64,000 nt of DNA from assembly GCF_006345805.1 (NCBI RefSeq), contig NC_042998.1:85064001-85128000 (forward strand), given 5' to 3'. This DNA is from Octopus sinensis. Its lineage: Eukaryota. A program made the translations under genes and the position numbers. Within the stretch, counting starts at the first letter, position 1; the number at the start of each line of letters is the position of its first letter. The notes beneath the pieces were generated by a model, which was not told the DNA's origin, ran no database searches, and saw only the letters and a list, made by a program, of their open reading frames with translations. Below, one piece after another: positions 13,243 through 27,284 of the stretch.

Positions 13243-14374
13243 TTAAGTCAGCACATAAATACAGGTTTTTTTTCAATTGCATGAACTAAAAGTCAGAGGG
13301 GGACAGGATAAACTACCTGCATCAACTTGCTGTAAAAGCAGGTAATAATTTTACCTTGACCTTATTCTTAGTGCAAGGTTTGAAGAGTGTAGTTCAATTT
13401 TAACAGTTATTTTTTTAAGACTATAATAGAAGTGACAAAGGAGCATATTCAGCACATTTTTCTTTATGAGTTCAATAAAGGCAACAATGCAATGGAAAGT
13501 GTAAGGAATATTAATGCAGTATATGGGGATTGGTCAATAAGTGTAAGCCAGTGTGAATAGTGGTTCCAGAAATTCCAAGTAGAAACTAGTCTAGAAGGTG
13601 AGCCTTATCCTGGAAGATATGTAGAGCTCAATAAGGATGTCCTGCAAACCCTGGTGAAACAAAATCTCATCGTAACTGTTGAAGAACTAGCAGAGTAGCT
13701 TGAATTTGGTCTTTCAACCATTCATTGACACTTGTGTGCCAATGGAAAAGTCAGCAAATCAAGTCCATGGGTTTCTCACAAACTTTCCGAGTCAAATTGC
13801 ATGCAGAGAGTGAATGTATGCTCTTCTTTGCTGTCACATCTCACAAATGAGCCTTTTTGGGACCGAATAGTGACTGGTGATGAGAAATGGGTTCTCTATA
13901 AAAATGTTGAAGAGAGTGGGTAGGGAATGAGTAACACTGGCATCCTAGGCTAAAGAAAGTCTTCACCCACGTAAGGTGTTGTTATCTGTTTGGTGGGATA
14001 TGAAAGGTTTAGTCCACTTTGAACTTTTAAACTCAAACCAAATGGTAACAAAGGAGATCTACTACAAGCAGTTTTAGTGGCTTATATCAGCGTTAGAAGA
14101 AAAACAATCATTTTTGGTTTCAAGACAAAAGGTGTTCTTCCATCAGGATAATGCTCGGCCACATACAGCAAGGATGATATTCCAAAGGTTGGGACAGTTT
14201 GAATGGGAAATGATGCACCACTTACCATATTCACTGGACATTGCTCCATCTGGATTATCATTTGTTCCGCAGTCTTCAAAATCATTTGGATGGAAAATAT
14301 ATGAATTCTGTAGAAGAGGTCAGAACAGTACTGAGGAGTATTTTTTGTCACGGACAAGTGAATTTTGGAAGTGT
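13243..14374 (+). pseudogene. Degenerate mariner (DD34D) transposase, 3' end truncated
   Basis: Motifs WVSHKL (WVPHEL-like), IVTGDEKWV, HQDNARPH and YSLDIAPS+DYHLF (after a 1-nt insertion), with 34 residues between the second and third Asp. Several stops and frameshifts. Begins directly after a (TA)n run. Confidence 0.92.
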
Positions 14375-14724
14375 ACTCTGACACCAACCAAGAGTATTTC
14401 TGCATCCCCACACTCAGATGGGTTGTTATCGCATATGCTAGTTAACCCTGACAGGTGCTACAACTCCATGTTAGAGTGGACCTGGGAACAATAGTGGTTA
14501 AGAGGTGGTTCCATACTCCTCTAAGCCCAGAACCCCCTGAACTAGAGCCTCACTACTGGATGCAGTTTAAAGTCATACCCAGGTCAACACACACACACAC
14601 GCACACACATTCTAACCTGGAGTTGTAGTACCTGTCAAGGTTTCAGCCATGAGTTAGGTAGCATATGTGATGACAATCAATCTGAGTGTGGGGATGCAGA
14701 AATACTCATGGTTGGTATCAGAGT
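14375..14724. repeat. Fold-back element truncating the mariner (arms 14375-14475 and 14611-14724)
   Basis: The outer 45 bp match at 43/45 as reverse complements (actctgacaccaaccaagagtatttctgcatccccacactcagat). The inner arm is more diverged and has an indel. Confidence 0.8.
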
Positions 14725-15589
14725 GCATTGTAAGACCAGCAGGAGTGAGATGTCCCGAGCTGTTGTCTAGAAAAGGACACTCTGATGTAAAACCTGTGGT
14801 TTCACTTGATAACTGGTCATTTCGCTTTGATCTGTCACTAGGTACTAACCAAGAAGATTCAGATGGTACTTGTGTTGTACAAGTATGTGTACATATACAT
14901 ATATGCAATTTTGGTACAAAAACTCTTCACCAAGTACCTTCTATGCATAAGATAGAAAGCATAAAATGATAACAAATGTAAACTATGAAAAATCAAAATT
15001 GGCAATGCTAGGTACATTGTTGACAACTGTGAAAAGGTGACACCCCCCCCCCACCCATCCACCTGCTCCAATTCTTACTTTCCTTGAGACGTGATGTTGT
15101 AACCAAAACAAACTAGAATAGAGAGGCAAAGAAAGAAAAATTGACAACAAATAAAGATGAGCATATTGAGACTGATGGATCAAAAGAGTAGTTATGGAAC
15201 CTAAGTATAAAACATCAGCTAAATTAAAGAACAATAAACCTGAGACCTCGAAATAAAAAAATAACGTGCTCTATTGATGTGGTCAGCTGCCCATTTGACA
15301 TCATTGTTGTAAGCAAAATACAAAAGATAGAATACATCTTTGGGCCATTGGTGAGGAATTTGGAAATCTAGGAGCTAAAATACATTTTCAGCTTTGAAGC
15401 AACAGAATATGTACAAACATGCTTTGATTAAAGCAAAGCTTTTTTAAAATTTAAAGGATGAATGGTTATGAAAAGATCAGAAGCACCCTTTTCTTAAAAG
15501 AAAAATATATTTTCTTCACAATCTTGTTACTGAGCAGGTGGCCCATTAAAATAAACTCTAAAACAACAATCAAGAATAGTAAACACATA

Positions 15590-15631
<42 letters not shown>

Positions 15632-15694
15632 TATATACATACACATATTTACATACATACATACATACACACACATATATATATATACAACACA

Positions 15695-15725
<31 letters not shown>

Positions 15726-16494
15726 TACATACATACATACATACACATATTTACATACAAACACACATAACAGAAAGAATGAAAGACAAAAATTCTAAAC
15801 ACAGTTGACAGACTTTTTTTCCCTTTACCCATAAGTGTATAAACCAACTAAACAACTAGTCAAGTATGTAATCTAGTCTTCCTTCACCTTTCTAGTGCCA
15901 AACCACAATCCTTGTCTTACATAAACAATAGACTGATGATAATGATAAACCTGAACTTAAGAGCTACTTTTTAACCTGAAGTAGTGTTTTCTCTTAGTCT
16001 TCAACTTCTTTTGTTTCATTCTGTTGGCTTTCATAGCACATAATAGTTTAAAAAATGGTTCAAAGAAATTAGGTTGTTTATATATGGCATCTAGTATGTT
16101 TTTTCAATGTTAGTGAGGTGATCACGATTGTGGAGGTGCTGGTGTCAGTTGTGTATGCATGTATGTATCTATATGTGTGTATCTGTGTGTCTTTTGCAAA
16201 TAAAGTATATGTTTGTATACAGAGTGTGTTAGAGTGCATTTGTTTATTATCAAGGAAAAAAATTTCTATGCACAAATCTATAAATATATGTATGTACATA
16301 TGTCTTATCATTTTTTGTCTGTTTTGCCATGCCAGCAAAGATTGGTTGGGTCTTCATGGTCTGTATCACCTTGCACATGCAACAACAAAGAAAACTGATA
16401 AACTTTAGTGTTGTGCAAGTCTTCAGCGAATTTTAATTCTGCCACTAGCACAAAGTAGGATGTCCTATGCGAAGAAAATTTAGAGATATTCACT

Positions 16495-16879
16495 CAGGGC
16501 CATATTAAGAACTTGAGAGGCCCTAAGCACTTAATAGATTTTGGTGTCCCCATATACATATGTAATTCAAAATATAAAAAATAATAAACCATAAAATAAA
16601 GTTTATTTTTCAAAATTAAGTAAAACTAACAGTAAAAGGGAAAATAAAAGTTTTCTTTCACCTTTTCTAACTGCAAAGTTTTTGATCAGATCCTCTAAAT
16701 TAATCTCATGTAACACATCTACTTCTATGCTTAGCAGGGATAAGGCATCCTGAATATTATCTTAGCAAGTTTAACCTGATTTGTTTTGTGCCGTAAACCT
16801 TTTATTATTTCTTTGGTACCCCTCTTCCCTTGTTGCCCTGAGCACATGCTTATTTTGCATAATGATTAATCCAGTATTG
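16495..16879. mobile_element. Old hAT-like MITE inserted in the Penelope relic
   Basis: Starts cagggccatattaag...ggccctaagcact and ends ccctgagcacatgcttattttgcataatgattaatccag. No clear TSD. Confidence 0.4.
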
Positions 16880-17405
16880 TATGTCTTCAGTGAATTTTAA
16901 TCTTGTTACTTGTACTTGAGAAGTTTTCCCATGCAAGTAGGACTTGCAAGTCCCTTCTACCCTGTAGCAGACATATTTGGAGTTACTGTTTTCCTAGATG
17001 AGAAACCTTTACTAGGCTTGCATCATAAGTTCTGTTGGTGTAGAAGTGATGTATGACTTATAGGGTTGTGCACCTCTGGAGTTGGAGATCATAGCTTAAG
17101 GTAGTAGAAATTCAGCTTTGCATACATTGCTATGGATTTGTAACTCATTTTTTATTTTGGTAATTGCAGTTATTTCACTTACGATCTAGTTTTATTGAAT
17201 TTTTCAGGTAAATGTCTTTGGAGTGTTTCCCGAGTTCTTAGTTTTCTTAGGAAGTTTGGGGTGTCTACTACCAGCAACAATGCCTTTTGCATTGATTGGG
17301 CAACTATAACTTACCTTTATGTTTTGCAAGTTAGATAGTTTGAGATATTTGTTTCCAATGGCAAAATGTTTTTTTAATCAGGTTTGCAATATTGGGTTTC
17401 ACATT
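16880..17405 (-). mobile_element. Degenerate Penelope-like element: RT thumb/linker to GIY-YIG endonuclease region
   Basis: One minus-strand frame, interrupted by stops, carries NIKVSYSC (17323-17300), NVCKAE (VVYKA-like, 17128-17111) and SYITST (YIGST-like, 17056-17039). This order matches Penelope ORFs as recalled. Confidence 0.6.
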
Positions 17406-18027
17406 AAGGCTGTATAGACTGAAATAAATTATCTTACACATACACACACACACACACACACCACACACACACACACACTTCAGTTGGATTTAAATAAAAG
17501 CCATAAAGAAATCAATATTCAAGGAAAAATTAATTTACATATATGAATAATATTTTATGCACACACACACATGTATAAACAAATTGGTGATGTAATAGAA
17601 GAAAGATTAATAGAAGGAGCAGTGAAAGTTAGAGAGAAAGTCAAAAATGATTGATGAGAATGAGTAATATGAGAGAAAGAGAGAGTAATGGATGATAGTA
17701 ACAGAAATGGATTGTATGGTGGCAGTAGAGATGGGCAATTGCAAGGAGTGTCAATAATGAATGACCTGAAAGAGAGGGTTAGGAGTAAGAAGGTTGCCAG
17801 TAGTGGGTATTGAATACAGACATGAAATTGCCTTCCTTGGTGCAGTAGTTTGGTATAGTGAACGTGTGTGTGTGTGATGTTTGTGTGTCAATCATCAAAT
17901 GTTATTCTAAAAGTCTGTACAGTAAATACACATTTACTATAGTCATATGCCACAATTACATACACGACATGTTATATGATGACTTTATTAGTTAAGTGTC
18001 TTGCTAATCTCTATCCATTCTCTTCAG

Positions 18028-18086
18028 CTGTCTCCTGAAAAGGTCATTTATGGAAGCCAATATGACAGAACCAATGTCAAAATCAA
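18028..18086 (+). CDS. Candidate upstream exon with ATG at 18050 (MEANMTEPMSKS), ending in phase 1
   Basis: Acceptor ccattctcttcag|C and donor TCAA|gtaagc. Splicing to 29216 gives MEANMTEPMSKSSASTEVNQQ... in frame. No homology support. Confidence 0.45.
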
Positions 18087-19430
18087 GTAAGCTGCACTCT
18101 GAAGAAGAAACTTATTGGAGACTAAAATTAATTGATTTGATAATAATGGTTTACTACACAAAGCCATAAATTTCATAGAAGAGGGTGTTCAGCTGATTGG
18201 TTTGGCCTCAATCCTCTCTGTAAATGTCAAGTATTTATTTTGTCTTTGATGGGATTTGAGGTAATTTCTTGAGACAATTCACCCAAAGAGTAGTTAACTT
18301 TTGAAGATGAAAATATACTATTGCAACATCCAGGGTGACTTGGCTTTGACTATCCAAGAAGGTGAAGATTAAAACACAACAGTGGCAGCTTGGGATATCC
18401 AGAAGTAATGATCTACATGCAGCCTAGCCTTCTTACTGTGTAAGAAGTTAAGGGCCAAAGTACATTACATGGAGTGGTGGCGGGGAGGGATTTCTTGTCT
18501 GAACACTTTCTGCTGTTCAGCTCTCCTTAGAGTTTCTTACTATCATTCTCCTACACTTTGGTTAATAATAAGGCTCTTGGTGGTGGATGGGTGTGGTGCT
18601 CTTAGCCCTTTTCCTACTATATCTATGTTGAAATATATTCCCTTTGTTTCAATTAATTTTGAAAATATTGAAAAATTTAGAAAAATAATTTGTTATTTTA
18701 AGCTGGTGTTTAGAACAAATTAAGATGAAGTTTTGATAGCAACTTTTAATTTATATAAATTTAAATCAGGAAATTTGAATCATAGAAACAAGAACAGTGT
18801 CACACAGGTTGGTATCAAAAAGGTTACAGGAATGAAGGTTTTGAGGAGATGGTGTTTAAGTGAATGATGCCTTCTCTGGAGAGATTGCATTCTCTGATAG
18901 TAACATTCCCTGATGATCTGGTAATTATTCTAGGCAACTTGCTTATTGGTCTCCAACCACAAGACCAATTCTATCAAGTGAGCTTCTGAAATCAAATAAT
19001 GTGAATTATAGAAAGTTGAGAGGTTTTTTTTTCCTTTTTTCTAATGGCACTATTTTCCCTGACATCTATGGGAAGTGAGTCAAAGTTAAATTAAGTTTTT
19101 AGCTTAGAAGCATAATAAAACATTTACTGCAAAATCTGAACACATGACTCTTGGGCAGGTACCTCAATAACTTATTGACTTGGCAAGCCAACAAAAGAGC
19201 GTCTATGTGGTCGAACATTATGCTAGAAGAAACAGTTACATATTCTCCTATCATAATTTATTTTCTTAAAATTGAAAAGACACATCACATAATATATTCT
19301 TTGTTATGTTATGTCCGAATAAAAAATATGAAGGTCAGGCTGAGATACTTTTGATCATAGTCAGCTCAATCAGGTCTGACCTACTGTTAAACAAGAACTT
19401 ATTTATTTGGCTATCTTACAGCTATATGAA

Positions 19431-19765
19431 GGCACATGGCTCAGTGGTTAGAGTGATGGGCTCACAATCATGAGGTAGTGAGTTCGATTCTTGGACTGAG
19501 CTGTGTGTTGTGTTCTTGAGCAAGACACTTTATTTCCAGTTCACTTAGCTATAGAATTGAGTTGCAACGTCACTGGTGTCAAACTGTATTGGCTTTTGCC
19601 TTTCTCTTGGATAACATCAGTAGCATGGAGAGAGGAGACTGGCATGCATGGGTGACTGCTGGTCTTCTATAAAATAACCTTGCCCAGACTTGTGCCTCGG
19701 GGGGTAACTTTCTAGGTTCAATTCCATGGTTTTTCATGACTGAAGAGGGTCTTTACTCTACTTTA
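19431..19765 (+). mobile_element. tRNA-derived SINE (family D); related minus-strand heads at ~770-1020, 22585-22853, 27585-27800 and 49970-50103
   Basis: A box tggctcagtggtta (19437) and B box gttcgattc (19482), followed by gtgttcttgagcaagacacttta. Confidence 0.75.
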
Positions 19766-22040
19766 TCTTACAGCATTCACATAGTTACTCCGGAATGGAT
19801 AGTTCCTGAATAGTTGTTGTTGTTTAAACCCAGGTCAACTAACATTGAGTAAACCTATAATCAAAGGCATTCTTGAATTAATTATTACATGTGTTTTTAT
19901 ATCTAGAACTTCATTGTCCAATATGTCCTTCTTTTTAAGATGATATGGTATGATTTGAGAGAGATTTAGCTGCTATTTCTTGCAGGTCAAGCCATTTCAA
20001 ATATATTTCCTTGCTGTCTTTGATAGACATTCATGCAGAGCAGGCAGATGATATCATGTAAATGGTAACTTCATGATGGACTATGTCTTATCACCCAGGT
20101 TCCATACCCAGTTGTTGTTATTTCACTTATGCTGTCAATGCTATTGATAAAGGCATGAAAGCCACAATTCCTATTTTCCTTTCAACCTTTCAAGTCAATT
20201 GCATTGAGATATACTGCTCCTCTTTCAATTAATTTTGAAAATATTGAAGAATTTGTCAAAATAACTTTGTCACTAATAAGCTGGTGCTTGGAACTTAAAT
20301 TTACATAAAATTTTGATGGAAGATTTTAATTTAAATAAGAAGTCTGTACCATAGAATCAGGGGCATTCTCAAGCAGGTTGGTATCAAAATTGCTAAAGAA
20401 TACAGTTGATAAAAGCAATTATACTGTTTATTTCACTGGTACATTGAATAATAATAATAAATATTAATCCTTCACCAATTTAGGTGTTTATATCCTGTGG
20501 ACTTGAAATAGACTTATAAGACCCCCACCCCCACTCTACACAAACACACACATCTAGTATAGGTCATATTTCTGAAGTTACTTTTTTCTTTTCATGTTAG
20601 TGCCTCATTTTCACTCTGCTACATATGTCTATACTGTTCTTGGCAGCTTTCAACTCAGTGACAAGGCAACAAAAATTTCTCTGATTCCATGCTGTTTTGT
20701 TTCCAGATTCCAGATAATGACATTGATTTTGTGACTTCTGTGTGAAAACTTTAAACATGACCTTGTTAAATCATTTGTAGATGTTTGCCAGATAGTTACT
20801 TAAGATTTCATTCCTGCTTCTCACATCAAAGTAATGGACTGCAACGCTTTCTAAAAAATGAAAATAAAAATGAAATGAAATAAATAAACAATGATTCCAT
20901 TAGAAAGAAAACCAGCTTTTTATAAATAATTTATGTTTGTTGATTTGAGGAAGATATTAAATTGAATTATGTTAGAGTTGGTGATCAATGAACAAATTAA
21001 AGTTTGATCAAATTATTTAATTATTTCCTCATTTAAGAAGCTTCACAATCTCAGCTCTGTAAACTAACAAAACTGTTTCAATTTCCAGTTAGTCTTTACC
21101 ATTGCATTGTTCTCTTTTGCTTTTTTCCTCCCTTCTTCTTCTGCTGTTTGTTGGGAATCCTCCTGGATTCATATTCTGTAACAAGATCTGAACCCTGGAG
21201 TATTTTTCAATCTGTGAAGCTTACACGTTTTTAACTCAATTATTGTGATGTGTCTGTTATAGACAGAATAAAGATATATATCATTACTGTAGTATTGGTA
21301 GCAAATGTTTAAAACAAAAACAACAAAAGAAACTGTTGTTGTTGCTACAAATCTATGTGACAAGCAATGATGTGGAACTGCTGTTACCTCTACTTCTACT
21401 ACTACTTCTGCTGCTGCTACCACCACTGTCACCTCCACCACTACCATGACCACTCACTGAATATATCAATACATTGTTGCTTTGTTTTATTGAAGAGCCA
21501 AGTATACAGCATTGCTTTCATTTTCAGTTAACCTTTTACTATTAAAACTGACTGTATCTGGGCCAAATATTCTACTAGTTTTATGTCAAATGGGCCAAAT
21601 TTGGCCGCTCACACTCATCCTACAATGTATTTCCAAAAATTAACAATCACATTATCATAACCTTGTTGCGATGAGATAAAGCATGATTAATTCAAAACAA
21701 TGTGAACAAATAAGCATTACATTTGACAGAGTAATTCAAATTCTAAAGAGTTAAAACCATTTTACACATTTAAAAAGCTTATATTCCTAAATATATATTG
21801 CTTATATTCATAATACTGTCCAAAGAAGATAAACAACTAAGACCTGCCAACTACTGCCATATCATCCTCACTTCCAATATCTCAAAAGTGAGACATGCAA
21901 CAGCAAATAATCAGTTTTTTCTTCATCTTTAGTCACTTTCTTCTCCTCATCAACAACCAGTATTGTTTCTATGATGCCAGGTCTATCAGAGATCTCTTGT
22001 AGATAATACACCAGTAGTATCTTGATCCTAAGAACTTTTT

Positions 22041-22258
22041 TTAACCAGTTAGCATTTAAACTGGCCATATCCAAGCTACCTGTTTTATGTTCTAACCAGC
22101 CAGATCCAGTCTATTGTACCTATCCTTCAATGCCATTCTATATATTAAGGATCAATTGTCAAAATTTCTAAGCTGTGAGATAATACAGGATTAATTAAAA
22201 ACAATGTGAATGAAAAAGCATTACATTTGACAGAGTAATCTGAATGGTAAAGGGTTAA
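22041..22258. mobile_element. piggyBac-type (TTAA) MITE, ~220 bp; family copies at 8736-8900, 21528-21754 and 56409-56632
   Basis: Ends ttaacc..ttagcatt and aatg.taaagggttaa. The internal sequence is shared among the four copies. Confidence 0.8.
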
Positions 22259-23368
22259 AGCAATATTATTGTCAGTAAGGCACCACTTATATTCTGTTAG
22301 TTATGATGTCCTTGTATGTTTGAGGTTCCTTGTCTTAACATCATGTGATAGTTGTAAACAAGCATCAACATAATACAAGCTAAATAGTTTATTTTCATCT
22401 TCTGAGAAAACATACATGGCCATGAGGAAGGTTACTTTGCTTCAAGACAGGAGATGGTTGGCAATGAGAAGGACATGAAGCTGTTGAAAATCTATCATAA
22501 AGGAATTTTGTCTGACAAGCATGGAAAGTGGATGTTAAAATCACTGTGATCACCGTGACTGACCAGGATATCAGATGTTGCCACACATCGCTGGTCACAA
22601 TGCGCTTTGCATTGTTTTAGCCTTCAAATGACGCCACCCCTCTGGCTAAGCAAGCAGGCCAACAGAAGAAAGAGTGAGAGAAAATTGTGGTGAAAGAGTA
22701 CAGCAGGGCTTGCCACCATCCCCTGCTGGAGCCTTGTGGAGCTTTAGGTGTTTCCGCTCAATAAACACTCACAACACCTGGTCTGGGAATTGAAACCACG
22801 ATCCTACAACCGTTAGTCCACTGCCCTAACCACTGGGCCATTGCGCCTCCACAGATGTTAAAATAATGATGGAAAAATAAAACAAATGGTACTTTTGTTC
22901 AAAATACTACACTGCAGAATGTTTCTTTATAATGTAGCAATAGTATTAAGAAAAGTCTTATTGAACAAAGGTTTGGTAGGGGCTTGAAAAATCTTAAGAA
23001 GTTATTCTGTAGTTTAGTTTCGTTTTATAGCAAAACTAGCAGAGCAGTTAAATCTCTCAGTACATTAATTGTGATTACTTTAATGACAAAGCCCAGGTAA
23101 GGAAACAAAATTTTGCAAATCTACTCAACCTACATTTATTGATAAAAATGGTGAATATGGTTATATATATAGTTATATACATATATATACATATACTGAT
23201 ATACACGCTAGTATACAATGATATATATACATACAAGTATATGTATGTAGATGTGTCTGTGTATGTGTAAACATACAAACAGTATTTCCTTTGAGAAAAG
23301 GAAATCAATTTACTAATTGTGTAATAATGTTGAAAAAAAAATGAATCAGTGTTAATGGACACATGTGT

Positions 23369-23405
<37 letters not shown>

Positions 23406-23989
23406 GCATACTATTGTTTTCATATATACATAATATACATATATGTTTATATAGATACATATCTGTGTTGTGTACATATATGTCTATATATACATACACT
23501 AACGCATACATATACGCATGATTTCACACTCACACCTACATCTATGTATAAATATAGCATGTAAGTATGGTATACATATGTATGTCTCTGCAAGCATATG
23601 TTTGTATATTATTAGCCATTAGACAATGGTTCTATTGCTACTTAATAAATACTCGTGCTCATTTATGTGAAGAGATTAATAACATTATGTAGTCTTACAC
23701 ACATTTTGGTGTCTTACTGGAATGGCAACTTCCTCTTCCACTATCCTTCCTATTCAAAATAGCTGACTCACAGTCTTATTGTTTCAATAAAGAACAGAAG
23801 GCCCAGGAGTGGCTGTGGTGGTGGTGGTGGTGCTAGTGATGGTTGTGGTGGCTAGGGTTAGGATTTGAGGTTGGGGTTGATGGATAAAAACAATCAGTGG
23901 TTTATCTATCAGCCAAATGAAAAAAATAAAAACATATATGCAAAGAAAACTTAATGTTATATATATAGTGTGTGTATGTGTGTGTATAT

Positions 23990-24032
<43 letters not shown>

Positions 24033-25020
24033 GTATATATATATATGTATATGCTCAGTATAGAGATTACGGCCTATTTATGTTAAGTTTGTCTAGCATC
24101 ATCATCGTCATCATCAAAACCACCACCACTGCCATTGTCATGATCATAATCATTGCCATCATTTTTGTCCTCTTTATTATCATTGATCTTATCATCATTG
24201 TCCTCATTTCCATCATAACCATCCCCATTGCCATCACTGTATTTAATCATCATCATCATTAACATCTCCCATAATCAACAAAATTATCATCTTCAACATC
24301 ATCGTCATCATTGTAGTCATCGTCATTGTAGCTGTTATCATTGTATAATCATCATTATCCTCCTCTTCCTCCTCCCCTCTCCTCTACATCATCATCATCA
24401 TCATCAATATTACACTGCATTTTACATGCTGACATCATATACTGAACCATCTTCTTAAACACCCATCATTACCATCGTCATCATTTAACGTCCAAACCTG
24501 GCTAGCAGGGTTGATGTCCTTCCTAATTCCAACCACTTAACAGAGTGTGTTGAGTGCTTTAACTGCTCCACCGGTATGAGTGCATTAATGCTGCACTGGC
24601 ATGGATGCTTTTTAAGTGGCACTGGCGTCTGAAAGGACAAGCATGTACATGTGGAAGATAGTGATTTTACTTGGCCCATAAACATTCTAAAATATCTTTC
24701 TCTTGTGTTGTTTCATTAGTGAATCCTAAGTTTCTAAGAGTTTGATCAAAACTATCTCATTTTAGGTACTCTAATTTGCCTGCTGTTTACAAACACACCT
24801 TATATATATATAACCATATGTACATAAACATTTTGTACAGACACAGTCTTACTGTATGGCAACTTGAGCAATTGTTCTTCTCTTATAGTTCAATGCCTTA
24901 TGTGTGGGTGCCTGGTTGACAGAAACTTAAAGAAGACCATCATATATATATACATATACATGCATGTACACACACACACACACACACACACATACATATG
25001 TGTGTATATATATATATTTA

Positions 25021-25418
25021 TATGTGGCTATGTGGTAAGAAGTTTGCTTCCCAATCACACAGTTCCGGGTTCAGTCCCACTACATGGCACCTTGGGCAAG
25101 TGTCTTCAACTATAGCCGCGGGATAACAAAAGCCTTGTGAGTGGATTTGGTAGATGGAAACTGAAAGAAGTCAGTCATGAATATATATATATATATATAT
25201 ATACTTATGTATGTATTTGTGTGTCTGTGTTTGTCTACCCCACCATTTCTTGACAACCAATGTTGGTTTGTTTACATCCCCGTAACTTAGTGGTTTGGCA
25301 AAAGAAACTGATAGAATAAGTACTAGGCTTACAAAGACTAAGTCCTAAGTTTGATTAGTTCAACTAAAGGCAGTGTTTCAGCAAGGCTGCAGTCAAATGA
25401 CTGAAACAAGCAAAAGAG
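25021..25418 (+). mobile_element. SINE family A
   Basis: Colinear with 11159-11552. Confidence 0.85.
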
Positions 25419-25709
25419 TAATATATATATATATATATATATGGAGGGGGAGAGAGAGATAGAGACAACAGACAGACAGACAGACAGATATGTGTGTAGT
25501 GCCTTTTTGTCTTGATATTCCACAATATAAGCAAGTGTCATCATCATACAGGCAAAGGTGATACCCTTCTTTTCTAATCTTCCATAAAATCATGTAAACA
25601 GATGAGGGATAGCAACAGGAGGGAAAATCTGCCTCAACAAATTTCATCTGACCCATGCAACATGGACATTAAAATGTTGATGATGAATATCATTTGCATA
25701 GATATCTCG

Positions 25710-26212
25710 ATTGTTGTTCTCCTTATCATCATGAATAGTTTTGGAGGACATATATTGTCTTTTTGTCAGCAAAGCCTACGTATTTCTTGTAACCCGGTCA
25801 TCACATATCTAAGTATGCTGGAATGCCTTGGATATATATATATATATATATATATAGTGTGGGAGTAATTCTGGGTTACTGGTGATATTGTGGGCAGAAA
25901 AACATATTTCAGAGACTTGTAATTATATCTTATTAATTCATGTCTATTACAAATCTAGCCATTATTTATCAAATTACCAAAAATCAACAAAGGGTTTGTT
26001 GAATCTGGGGTTGTCAATTGTGAAACAAAGAAAATGCTTGAGAGACTGGAAATAATGTTATATAAATATCTAGATTGTAGTTGTCCTTATCATCTGTTTA
26101 GTTTTGGAGGATATGTATTGTCTTTTTGTTAGCAAGGCCCACTTATTTCTTGTAACTCAGTCATCACATATCTAGGTGTGCTAGAATGCCTGGGGTGTCT
26201 GTATATATATAT

Positions 26213-26243
<31 letters not shown>

Positions 26244-26435
26244 TGAGTAAATCTAGGTTATTGGTGACTTTATGTGTACAAGATCTTTGAGAAACTTGCA
26301 TTTATATTTTATTTCACGTCTACTACAGATCTTACTATTATTCATTAAATAATCTAGAAACAACGAAAGGTTTGTTGAATTTAAGATTGCCAATTGTGAA
26401 ACAAAATAAAATGTTTGAGAGACTAAGAATAGCAT
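25710..26435 (+). repeat. Old diverged tandem duplication with an ~365-375-bp unit
   Basis: tagttttggagga..t.tattgtctttttgt.agcaa at ~25735 and ~26099; aattgtgaaacaaa at ~26016 and ~26392. Confidence 0.85.
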
Positions 26436-26647
26436 TAGAACAATTCACAGGAACATTTTCTGTAAGAGTTGCAATAAAAATGCTTGTCTAAGACTCTGAG
26501 ATGTTTTATTAATAATTTTATGGGTTTAAAAATGCTGAAAAGAATAAAAATGGATGACTGTTTTACAAATTCAATCGCTCATCTCATCTTTGATTGTTAT
26601 CAGATTCCCTATTCTTATGTGCATATATACATATACACACACATATA

Positions 26648-26876
26648 TTAACCCTTTCATTACCAACCTGGCTGAAACCGGCTCTGGCTCTGAGTACAAA
26701 TGTCTTGTTTTCATAAATTTTGAATTAAAATTTTCCACCAAATCTTAGTCGCAATTTATGTTCCTAACACTAGCTGAATGATAACTAAGTTATTTTACTA
26801 AATTAATCGTTATATTTTAAATTAATTGAAAAAAACACAGAGCATCTCAAAATAAATCCAGTAAGAAAAGGGTTAG
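26648..26876. mobile_element. Second TTAA MITE family; related diverged copies at ~18630-18830, 20205-20400 and 40185-40390
   Basis: TIR ttaaccctttcattac / gtaagaaaagggtta. Confidence 0.7.
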
Positions 26877-26909
26877 TGTGTACACACACAGGCACTGGCA
26901 CACACTCAT

Positions 26910-26940
<31 letters not shown>

Positions 26941-27284
26941 TACACACACACACGCATGCACACACACACACATGGGTTTTGATTTAGTTGAATGTACCCT
27001 GCCCCCTTAAAATGTTGTATTGAGTCTGACCCCCCAAAAATATTGATCAATTAGAGCACAGCTATCCTGTAGTCCCATTTCTCTTGTATCCTATAAATCA
27101 AAGACCTTGTATTTAAGCAGGAAATGAAAATATTAGTTAATATACCTGGTGGTATTTGATTTTATCAAATTGTACCATGGACAGTTTTTTTTTTTATTTT
27201 CATTTCCTCCTTTCAGACTCAAGAAAGCAAGTAGTTATGTCCAAACCATAACTGTTATTTATTAACAAGTATGACCTGGTAGCA

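Noticed and set aside
18905-18990. CTGATGA at 18910 as a hammerhead core
   Set aside because: No stem II closed by GAAA at a workable position, and no stem I or III.
21070-22030. Exon-like purine-rich segments on the minus strand (~21100-21210 and ~21870-22030)
   Set aside because: Acceptors are weak or repeat-derived, the frames are not mutually consistent, and no protein motif is recognisable.
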